NCBI GenBank assembly: GCA_011170375.1
Contig: DUEV01000013.1
Location: 6,662 to 70,661, forward strand
Direction of reading: 5' to 3'
DNA: 64,000 bases
Source of the DNA: Dehalococcoidia bacterium
GTDB lineage: Bacteria; Chloroflexota; Dehalococcoidia; Dehalococcoidales; Fen-1064
The translations under genes were made by a program, and so were the position numbers. Shown here one piece after another: positions 54,102 through 61,820 of the stretch; the first letter of the stretch is position 1; each line of letters starts with the position of its first letter. A model generated the notes under the pieces. That model ran no database searches, was not told where the DNA came from, and saw nothing but the letters and a program-made list of their open reading frames with translations.

Positions 54102-55133
54102 ATGGTAGCCGAGCCTGAAGTACTGGCAAGGATGATGGCGGAGGAGATAATAGAACCTGAGTTGCCTATCTGCGACCCGCACCACCATCTGTGGGACCGC
54201 ACTGCCCGCGATGACCGCCCCAGAAACACCTACCTGCTAGACGAGCTGCTGGAGGACATCGGCGACGCCCACAACATCGTCCAGACCGTATTTGTGGAGT
54301 GCCGGTCTATGTACCGAGAGAGGGGGCCCGAGGAGATGCGGCCCATAGGCGAGACGGAGTTCGTGCAGGGCATTGCGGCCCAGAGTGCCAGCGGGCAATA
54401 CGGCATAACCAGAGTTGCCGCCGGGATAGTGGGGCACGCCGACCTCACGCTGGGTGCCGCCGTAGCACCGGTGCTCGAGGCACACATAGCCGCCAGCGTC
54501 AACAGATTTCGCGGGATTCGGCATTCGAGCGTCTGGGATGCCAGCCCTGAACTCACCCGCTATATGAGCCCTCCCAGGGGACTGCTGTTGGATTCTAAGT
54601 TTCGTGAGGGGTTCGGTTACCTGCAGAAATACGGCCTGAGTTTCGATGCCTGGCTCTACCACCACCAGATTACGGAACTGGCCGACCTGGCCAGGGCTTT
54701 TCCAGATACCATCATTATCCTGGACCACGTCGGTGGAATAATCGGCATCGGCCCCTACGCCGGGAGACGCGAGGAAATATTCCAGCAATGGAAGCGCAGC
54801 ATTGCTGAGCTATCGACCTGTCCCAATGTAGTCGTGAAACTCGGTGGTCTCGGCATGCCGGTCTGCGGGTTCGGCTGGGACGAGCGAGCGACCCCACCGG
54901 ACTCGGTCGAGCTGGCTGAGGCCATGGGGCCGTACTTTCTCTGGTGCATTGAGCGGTTCGGGGTCGACCGATGTATGTTCGAGAGTAACTTTCCGGTCGA
55001 TAAGGCGTCGTATTCATACACGGTTATGTGGAACGCCTTCAAACGCATCGCCAAAGACTGCTCCCACTATGAGAAGGCCGCCCTGTTCCACGATACCGCC
55101 GTGAGGGTTTATCGTCTTTCCAGCGGGTACTGA
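54102..55133 (+). CDS. Amidohydrolase-2 (TIM-barrel metal-dependent hydrolase) family protein
   Basis: ICDPHHHLWD N-terminal metal motif, IILDHVGG, FESNFPVD. Confidence 0.75.
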   Translation: MVAEPEVLARMMAEEIIEPELPICDPHHHLWDRTARDDRPRNTYLLDELLEDIGDAHNIVQTVFVECRSMYRERGPEEMRPIGETEFVQGIAAQSASGQYGITRVAAGIVGHADLTLGAAVAPVLEAHIAASVNRFRGIRHSSVWDASPELTRYMSPPRGLLLDSKFREGFGYLQKYGLSFDAWLYHHQITELADLARAFPDTIIILDHVGGIIGIGPYAGRREEIFQQWKRSIAELSTCPNVVVKLGGLGMPVCGFGWDERATPPDSVELAEAMGPYFLWCIERFGVDRCMFESNFPVDKASYSYTVMWNAFKRIAKDCSHYEKAALFHDTAVRVYRLSSGY

Positions 55134-55154
55134 AGCACGAGGAGCTCGTAGGGA

Positions 55155-55994
55155 CTAACCACCAACCCTGAGAGCAACCAGTATCACCCCGGGGCCACCA
55201 TTGGCACCAAGAGCCGCCCCCATCTTCAAGACAGTAATCTTTTCCGCAGGGAAAACGGAGTCGAGCCGTGCCCTGAGTGCCTCTGCCCGCTCGGGTGCGG
55301 CGCTGTGGACAATTATCAATTCCCGGATGTTTTTTTTAGAACTCACGAAGTCGTAGAGCTGGTCCATGCCGCGGGAGACAGCGCGTACCATACCGGCACG
55401 CACAATCTCGCCATTCTGGAATGTGAGGAGAGGTTTTACATTGAGTATATTGCCGGTGGCGGCGATTGCCCGGTTGATACGCCCGCTCCTTGCCAGGTAT
55501 TTCATCGTATCGAACATACCGAGCATTTCAATCTGTCGAATAGCTTTGTGGGTCTCTTCGAGCACCTCCGGCAGGCTCTTCCCCCTCCGTGCCAGTCTGG
55601 CGGCTGCCAAGACAACCAGGGCCAGCCCACCTGAGTTAAACATGGAGTCGACGACCTCAATCGGGCACGCTGGCTCAAACATTGCTTTCGCCAGGAGGGC
55701 GGAATTATAGGTGCCACTTATCTTGGAAGATATGTGAATTGAAATTATACCGTCGGTGTTTTTTGAATACTTGGAATAGATACCTGAGAAGTCTGCTGGC
55801 GTGGGCTGAGAGGTCGCCGGATGAGGTGTGGAGCCGGTCAGCTTCTTAAAGAACTCATCACTGCTCAGGTCAACGCCATCCCGGTAAACGTCACTGCCGA
55901 AGCGGACATAGATGGGTACCACCCCGATGCCCAGCTTCTTGACTAGCTCGGGGCTGAGGTCAGCGGTGCTATCTGTGATAACTTTGACTGCCAT
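55155..55994 (-). CDS. DegV-family fatty-acid-binding protein
   Basis: VKVITDSTADLSPE...VVPIYVRFGSDVYRDGVDLSSDEFFKKL...PATSQPTPADF are canonical DegV motifs. The start lies 12 nt after the heliorhodopsin stop. Confidence 0.85.
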   Translation of the reverse strand: MAVKVITDSTADLSPELVKKLGIGVVPIYVRFGSDVYRDGVDLSSDEFFKKLTGSTPHPATSQPTPADFSGIYSKYSKNTDGIISIHISSKISGTYNSALLAKAMFEPACPIEVVDSMFNSGGLALVVLAAARLARRGKSLPEVLEETHKAIRQIEMLGMFDTMKYLARSGRINRAIAATGNILNVKPLLTFQNGEIVRAGMVRAVSRGMDQLYDFVSSKKNIRELIIVHSAAPERAEALRARLDSVFPAEKITVLKMGAALGANGGPGVILVALRVGG

Positions 55995-56006
55995 ACTTCA
56001 CCATTC

Positions 56007-56783
56007 CTAGACAGGCCGGAGGGTGCCGCCGAATACCTGCCAGGCCAGAGCCGACTTGGCTACCAGACTCAGTATGATATATGCTCTCTCACCGTAGAGG
56101 TAGTCCCTCCACCGGCCTACCTTCTTATATTGCAACACCATGTTGACCGCGAAGCTATTGAAGAACAGGAATATGGTGAAAAAGATTGCATAGACGAAAC
56201 CCGGAGGTCCTCCCGCCTCGTTACCAGACCCAATGAGGTATATCGCGATGGCAACCCAGGGAATTGCCCCGGCAAACACGCCGAACCAGTACGGTGTCCA
56301 GCTTGTCTTCTCCGTCCTCTGGTTATACAGCTCCATCAGCCACCCGAAAAGAATCATGGTCGCATTGACGGCGAAGATAAGGATAAGGCTGGCGATATCA
56401 TAGATGCCGACCAGCATGGCGATGACCACAATCATCAACGAAGCGCTCAGTGAATACTCCATCCAGCGAGCGTGATTGATGCCCTTCTCCAGATTGCGAG
56501 CATACCAGCCGAAGACACCGGGGGCTGAAATCGAGAAGTGGGCCACCGCCGATATCAGCAGGAAAGCGGCCACCATCGGCCCGATGCGGAGGTCTACGAT
56601 AGTATCATATGATGCTTCTAGTCTGCCTACCTCTGGGTTGAAAACCTGGAATGCGCTGGTAACCGGCAGCGAAAAATCGCTGCTAAGCACCAGCATGAGA
56701 ATACCCTGAACGAGGTGAAAAATACCCATGATGAGGTTGAAACGGCGAAGTCGAGGAATGGATACTCTGGTCTCTTCAGTCAT
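56007..56783 (-). CDS. Heliorhodopsin
   Basis: Full-length similarity to published heliorhodopsins, compared from memory with 48C12: GIFHLVQ, RWMEYSLSASLMIVVIA, NATMILFGW, PGFVYAIF, LFFNSFA, GERAYIILSLVAKSALAWQ (Schiff-base Lys). ATG 56781-56783 with GGAGGGAGG upstream. Confidence 0.9.
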   Translation of the reverse strand: MTEETRVSIPRLRRFNLIMGIFHLVQGILMLVLSSDFSLPVTSAFQVFNPEVGRLEASYDTIVDLRIGPMVAAFLLISAVAHFSISAPGVFGWYARNLEKGINHARWMEYSLSASLMIVVIAMLVGIYDIASLILIFAVNATMILFGWLMELYNQRTEKTSWTPYWFGVFAGAIPWVAIAIYLIGSGNEAGGPPGFVYAIFFTIFLFFNSFAVNMVLQYKKVGRWRDYLYGERAYIILSLVAKSALAWQVFGGTLRPV

Positions 56784-56829
56784 GGCAACACCTCCCTCCT
56801 GTGGTATCGACACGTCCTGGCTGTTGTAC

Positions 56830-56852
56830 TAATCTCCCGGACCGGGAGATTA
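56830..56852. promoter_or_regulatory. Perfect 23-bp palindrome upstream of the heliorhodopsin gene (operator or hairpin candidate)
   Basis: TAATCTCCCGG-A-CCGGGAGATTA lies 46 nt upstream of the HeR ATG. No T-run follows on either strand. Confidence 0.5.
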
Positions 56853-57231
56853 CCCTCCCACCTCTCAGCAGCCCGGTTCGCCGGGATGACCACAGCAGCC
56901 TTGCCGCTTCCAGACCTTTATCAGGTTATTACGCAATACGAGGTACAGTTTTCGGTAAAGCGGCATCGGTACGGACATATTGGTGAAGATAGCTCTGGCA
57001 CGCGGCATTTCCTATTTCCCCCAACACCTGCTATTTGTCCTGAATGTATAACATAACCGAAGGGTCTTTGGCAAGCTATTTTAGAGAATTTGATAGTTCG
57101 CGCCTACTGTTTAACGCTCTACCCCCGTAAGTACAGGGGGATTTGCCCCATGCCTGTTTCCTATAACACAAGCATGGTATATACTAAATAGCGCATATCT
57201 ACGCTTGACACAGAGATACTGGAACGGGGCA

Positions 57232-57885
57232 ATGAGAGTACAAACAGTACGTTCTTTTTGGCTTGCCCGCCTGTCAAGGTATCTGGCAATTTGCGGGATG
57301 CTGGCTCCGCTGGCGGCAATTGCATTTATTCTTGTCGGGGCAGCAGTGACACCGGGCTACGACCATATCAGAAATACCATAAGCGAGCTTTCCGCAGTAG
57401 GCGCACCTCACCCCGAATGGATGAATACCGGTTTCATATTATACGGTATTCTAATAATCGGCCTGTCCTTCGCCGTGAGACAACACCTTGCCCCAAGGAC
57501 CGGGACCACAATAGTCTGGCTCATGGTAATCCTTCATGGCGTGGGAGTTATTCTTACAGCGTTATTTCCCTATAACGCAGCGATAACAGAAGGGATACAC
57601 TCAATAAAAGACGCATCACACCACCTGGTATCGATTGTGGCCTGTGTGGCGTTCATAACCGGTATGCTGATAATGGCCAGGATGATCTGGGCTGAGCCCG
57701 CCTGGCGTGGCGTAACGAGGCTATCTCTGGTGGCTATAGGCATTGTCTCTATACTGTTTGTGTTCACCCTGATTCCGGTTTTCAGAGACATTGCCGGACT
57801 GCTACAACGGATTTCCGCCTTGGCTATGTTCATCTACATCGAAGCGCTATCTGTTAAGTGCTTTATACTTTCCCCCCACCGCTAG
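57232..57885 (+). CDS. DUF998-like integral membrane protein
   Basis: Six or more hydrophobic helices. TPGYDHIRNTISELSA resembles the DUF998 N-terminal motif. ATG at 57232 preferred over the track TTG at 57205. Confidence 0.5.
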   Translation: MRVQTVRSFWLARLSRYLAICGMLAPLAAIAFILVGAAVTPGYDHIRNTISELSAVGAPHPEWMNTGFILYGILIIGLSFAVRQHLAPRTGTTIVWLMVILHGVGVILTALFPYNAAITEGIHSIKDASHHLVSIVACVAFITGMLIMARMIWAEPAWRGVTRLSLVAIGIVSILFVFTLIPVFRDIAGLLQRISALAMFIYIEALSVKCFILSPHR

Positions 57886-57928
57886 GTGAGAAACAAGCGG
57901 AGGCCGTCCTACAATTTCGGCAGCCTAC

Positions 57929-57950
57929 AGTCGAATCGCACAATTCGACT
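57929..57950. promoter_or_regulatory. Inverted repeat abutting the -35 of promoter P2
   Basis: AGTCGAAT-cgcaca-ATTCGACT, with 8-bp arms. Ends 4 nt before TTGACA. Confidence 0.4.
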
Positions 57951-57954
57951 TCAC

Positions 57955-57983
57955 TTGACATCACTTTAGTTTACCTCTAGACT
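57955..57983 (+). promoter_or_regulatory. Promoter P2 of the STAND kinase gene, sharing a conserved box with P1
   Basis: TTGACA (57955-57960), 17-nt spacer, TAGACT (57978-57983), followed by GTGGGCAC[C]GAG exactly as at 52184-52195. Confidence 0.6.
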
Positions 57984-58015
57984 GTGGGCACCGAGCCTGT
58001 GCTTACGAGTGAGTC

Positions 58016-61000
58016 GTGAAGTGCCCAAAGTGCCAGACAGAGAATCCAGAAGATGCCAAGTTCTGCAAAGAATGCGCACAGCCGTTAATCGCAGAGCGAG
58101 TGTGTCCACAATGCGGATACACTAATGCACTCGATAGCAAATTCTGTAATAATTGTGCCCATCCTCTAACTGAGCAGGTATCTATACCTGTTCCTGAAGC
58201 ACCCCTCTCCCCCGAACCCACTTCCTTTGCTGGTGGTCGTTATCAGGTCAAACAACTACTCGGTGAAGGCGGTAAGAAGAAGGTCTACCTCGCCCACGAT
58301 AACACTCTCGACCGCGATGTAGCCTTTGCCCTGATAAAGACCGAGAAGCTCGATGACGAAGCCCGCACCCGTATTAAGCGTGAGGCTCAAGCCATGGGCA
58401 GACTCGGTGACCATCCCAATATCGTGACTGTCTACGATTTCGGAGACCATGAGGGCCAGCCCTACATCGTCCTGCCCGTCATGTCGGGAGGTGATATCGA
58501 GGGGCTTATCGAGAAAGCACCTGAACACCGACTCCCTCTTGAGCATGTAATCGGTATTACCAAATCAGTCTGTCAGGGACTGGAGTTTGCCCATTCTAAA
58601 GGTATCATCCACCGCGACCTTAAGCCGGGTAACGTCTGGATGAGCGCTGATGGTACTGCCAAGATAGGTGACTTCGGTCTGGCGGTGGCGGTCGACCTCT
58701 CCCGCCTTACTCAGTCAGGCATGATGGTGGGCACGGTGTCCTATATGCCCCCGGAGCAGGCGATGGGCGGCAAGGTAACACCGAAAGCTGACCTCTACTC
58801 CCTGGGAGCGATGCTCTATGAGATGGTGACCGGGAGGCCACCCTTCATTGGGGACGACTCGGTGGCTATCATCGGGCAGCATATCAACACGTCAGTGGTA
58901 TCGCCCACCTGGCACCGGGCCGACCTGCCAGCAGGACTAGAGGTACTCATCCTGCAACTGCTGGAGAAAGACCCCGAGAAACGACCTAACTCTGCAGGTG
59001 ACGTCCTCAAAGCACTGGAGTCCATCGAGCAGGGTAAGGTGACCGAGTCGGTATCACAGGTAGCGACTGCCCCGGAGAGCCCACTATATAGAAAAGTCTT
59101 TGTTGGCCGTGAACCGGAACAAAAACAGCTACAGGCGGCCTTTGATGGTGCCATGTCTGGGCAGGGTGCATTGATGATGGTAGTGGGAGAGCCGGGTATC
59201 GGTAAGACTGCCCTGTGTGAGCAGCTGGCCACCTACGTAACGCTCAGAGGTGGCAAATACCTTGTCGGTCATTGCTATGAGGAAGGCTCACTGTCACTGC
59301 CCTACTTAGCCTTTGTCGAAGCGATGCGTTCCTATGTGCTGTCAAGAGAGACCAGAGACCTGAGGAAAGAGCTTGGCACCGGGGCGGCTGATGTAGCCCG
59401 CATCGTCTCCGAGGTAAGAGAGAAGCTCAAGGTAGAGCCAAGAACCCCTGAGAGCCCCGAGGAAGAGCGCTACCGGCTGTTTCAGGCTGTTACCAGCTTC
59501 CTTACCAGCGCCGCCAAAGTCCAGCCCTTACTGGTTATATTAGAAGACCTTCACGATGCCGACAAAGGCACGCTGGAGATGCTGACCCATGTATCGAGGC
59601 ATCTATCAGGTGCAAGGCTTCTGATTGTAGGAACCTACCGTGATGTCGAGGTAGACAGGACTCACCCATTATCAGCCGCTTTGGCTGAGCTAAGGCGTGT
59701 CACCACCTTTAACCGTGTCCTGCTGCGGGGCCTCAATGCCGATGAGGTGAGGCGGATGCTGGAGAGCATCGTCAGGCAGGACGTGCCCTGGGGGCTGGCC
59801 GAGGCGGTACACCGCCAGACCGAAGGTAATCCTCTCTTTGTTCAGGAGGTCGTACGCCATATCGTCGAGGAAGGTCTTATTAGTCGGGAAGGGGGACAGT
59901 GGCGGGCTGCCCGGGACACACCACTGGAGATGAGCATCCCCGAGGGGCTACGCGATGTCATTGGCAAGAGACTATCCCTGCTCAGTCCTGAGTGTAATCA
60001 GCTTCTTTCAGTAGCCTCCGTCATAGGACGCGAGTTTGCCCTGGAGACGCTGAAGACTGTGGCTGGCATCAGCGAGGATGTATTTGTTAACGCTCTCAAG
60101 GAGGCAGTACAACTATCGATACTGGAGGAGCGTTCACAGGTCGGTATCATAGCTTACCGTTTCACGCACGCTTTCTTCCGGCAGACACTGTATGAGGAGA
60201 TGATTGCCCCACAGCGACTGCAGCTACACCGGCAGGTAGCACGTGCCCTAGAAACCTTATACACCAGACGCCCTGAGGAGCATGCCGCCGAGCTTGCCGA
60301 GCACTTCTCCCAGTCTACCGACCCCGCTGACCTTACAAAGGCGGTTGAATACGGTGAGATGGCAGCCAAACGTGCTATGAACGTTTACGCCTATGGAGAG
60401 GCGGTGCGTTTGCTTGACCAGGCCCTCAAGGTGCAGAGGGTTCTAGACCCGGATGACAAGGGAAAGGTATGCGACCTGCTACTGGACCTGTGTGATGCCT
60501 TATATCTCGCTGCGGATAACAAACGCATACTTGATATAGAGGCGCCGGCGGCATTTACCCTGGCTGAGAGCCTTGGCGACAGTTCACGAGCTATCCGGGC
60601 CTGTATAATAGCAGTATATACTTATTCCACCGAACTCAGGCTTTTTACTGCTCCTCAATCAGCCGAGTGGGTGGAGCGGTTAGACCGATACGCCACGCCT
60701 GATACCACTGAGCGTGCCCTTGCTGATGTATTTCTCGGAGCTGGGAAATGCCAGACCGGTGAAGCGAGGTTGGGACACAAGCTTATGAGTCAGGCTGTTG
60801 ACCTAGCCCATCGCCTGGGTGACCAAGATACCCTGTTCATGGCTACTGGCACATTTCTCGCCAATATCGGAGCGCCACAGCATGCTGCGGAGAGGATTCG
60901 AGTAGCTGAAGAAGTCTGGTCAAGTTCACACGCTGGATTGAGTCCTATTACGATGTACCCAATGTCTTGGATAGGTGATACCTTCCTCACCATTGGGCAG

Positions 61001-61807
61001 CGGCAGCGAGCCGAGGAGGTCTGTGATGAGCTGCGGGTTTTGGCTCAGCGCGGCGGCGATATCCACCATGAAATCCTATCGGCAGCAAATGACAGTGTCC
61101 TAACTGTGATGGATGGCCGTCTTGACGAAGCTATGGATATGGCTAGACAAACACGGACTCGTGGTAAGGAAACTGGTGTAGAAGTAATCGCCAATCTTTG
61201 GGTAGGTTTTACTAGCATTAGAGTCAGTGTCTATCTTGGTATGTATCTTGAAGCCCTTGAGCGTGTGCTTCGTGGACCCCAGGCAGAATCACAACGTTGC
61301 CTAGTGCTGGCTCATCTGGTACGGAAGGAAGAGGCTTCAGAAATCCTGGAGAGACGTGTGGTGAGTCGCCCCAATATCGGTACCTTGAGAGACGAAAGTC
61401 CGACAGTACCCGACGTCCTATTCCTCGAGGCAGCCGTCCTGATAAGTCACCAGCGAGCTACCGAACTGCTACTGAACCGTTTCAGTGGTAGTGGTCTCTA
61501 CACACCGGGCTTTTGGTATACCACCTGCATCCCTCGTCATCTGGGTGGGGCAGCCGCCTTGCTGGATAGACCAGAGGAAGCCCGCCAACACTACAACGAA
61601 GCCATCAGGGTCTGCACGGAGATGAGGTTCCGTCCGGAGCTGGCCCTCACCCGATTACAGCTTGCCGAGCTGATTCTGGAGCACTACCCCGATGAGAAAT
61701 CAGACGCCTTGGAGCACCTGGACTTCGCCATCAACGAGTTCCGCGAGATGAAGATGCAACCCTCACTTGAGAGGGCGCTGAGGCACAAAGAGATATTGGG
61801 GGCGTAG
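58016..61807 (+). CDS. Multidomain Ser/Thr protein kinase: double zinc ribbon, Hanks kinase, AAA/STAND NTPase, TPR-like C-terminal region
   Basis: Zinc ribbons CPKCQ..CKEC and CPQCG..CNNC. Kinase motifs VAFALIK, HRDLKPGNV, IGDFGLA, SYMPPE. P-loop GEPGIGKT and Walker B LLVILEDLHDAD. About 650 aa of helical repeats. GTG start. Confidence 0.85.
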   Translation: MKCPKCQTENPEDAKFCKECAQPLIAERVCPQCGYTNALDSKFCNNCAHPLTEQVSIPVPEAPLSPEPTSFAGGRYQVKQLLGEGGKKKVYLAHDNTLDRDVAFALIKTEKLDDEARTRIKREAQAMGRLGDHPNIVTVYDFGDHEGQPYIVLPVMSGGDIEGLIEKAPEHRLPLEHVIGITKSVCQGLEFAHSKGIIHRDLKPGNVWMSADGTAKIGDFGLAVAVDLSRLTQSGMMVGTVSYMPPEQAMGGKVTPKADLYSLGAMLYEMVTGRPPFIGDDSVAIIGQHINTSVVSPTWHRADLPAGLEVLILQLLEKDPEKRPNSAGDVLKALESIEQGKVTESVSQVATAPESPLYRKVFVGREPEQKQLQAAFDGAMSGQGALMMVVGEPGIGKTALCEQLATYVTLRGGKYLVGHCYEEGSLSLPYLAFVEAMRSYVLSRETRDLRKELGTGAADVARIVSEVREKLKVEPRTPESPEEERYRLFQAVTSFLTSAAKVQPLLVILEDLHDADKGTLEMLTHVSRHLSGARLLIVGTYRDVEVDRTHPLSAALAELRRVTTFNRVLLRGLNADEVRRMLESIVRQDVPWGLAEAVHRQTEGNPLFVQEVVRHIVEEGLISREGGQWRAARDTPLEMSIPEGLRDVIGKRLSLLSPECNQLLSVASVIGREFALETLKTVAGISEDVFVNALKEAVQLSILEERSQVGIIAYRFTHAFFRQTLYEEMIAPQRLQLHRQVARALETLYTRRPEEHAAELAEHFSQSTDPADLTKAVEYGEMAAKRAMNVYAYGEAVRLLDQALKVQRVLDPDDKGKVCDLLLDLCDALYLAADNKRILDIEAPAAFTLAESLGDSSRAIRACIIAVYTYSTELRLFTAPQSAEWVERLDRYATPDTTERALADVFLGAGKCQTGEARLGHKLMSQAVDLAHRLGDQDTLFMATGTFLANIGAPQHAAERIRVAEEVWSSSHAGLSPITMYPMSWIGDTFLTIGQRQRAEEVCDELRVLAQRGGDIHHEILSAANDSVLTVMDGRLDEAMDMARQTRTRGKETGVEVIANLWVGFTSIRVSVYLGMYLEALERVLRGPQAESQRCLVLAHLVRKEEASEILERRVVSRPNIGTLRDESPTVPDVLFLEAAVLISHQRATELLLNRFSGSGLYTPGFWYTTCIPRHLGGAAALLDRPEEARQHYNEAIRVCTEMRFRPELALTRLQLAELILEHYPDEKSDALEHLDFAINEFREMKMQPSLERALRHKEILGA

Positions 61808-61820
61808 GGTGTGACGGTTG

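Noticed and set aside
55134-55154. Short hairpin ACGAG-gag-CTCGT between the convergent amidohydrolase and DegV genes, as a possible bidirectional terminator
   Set aside because: It has only a 5-bp stem with a 3-nt loop and no flanking T/A runs. That is too weak to call.
57205-57231. TTG start at 57205 for the DUF998-like gene, where the same TTGACA could be read as a -35 element
   Set aside because: No acceptable -10 lies at 16-18 nt (GGCAAT at best), and the ATG at 57232 gives a normal N-terminus. I therefore called neither a promoter nor the longer ORF.
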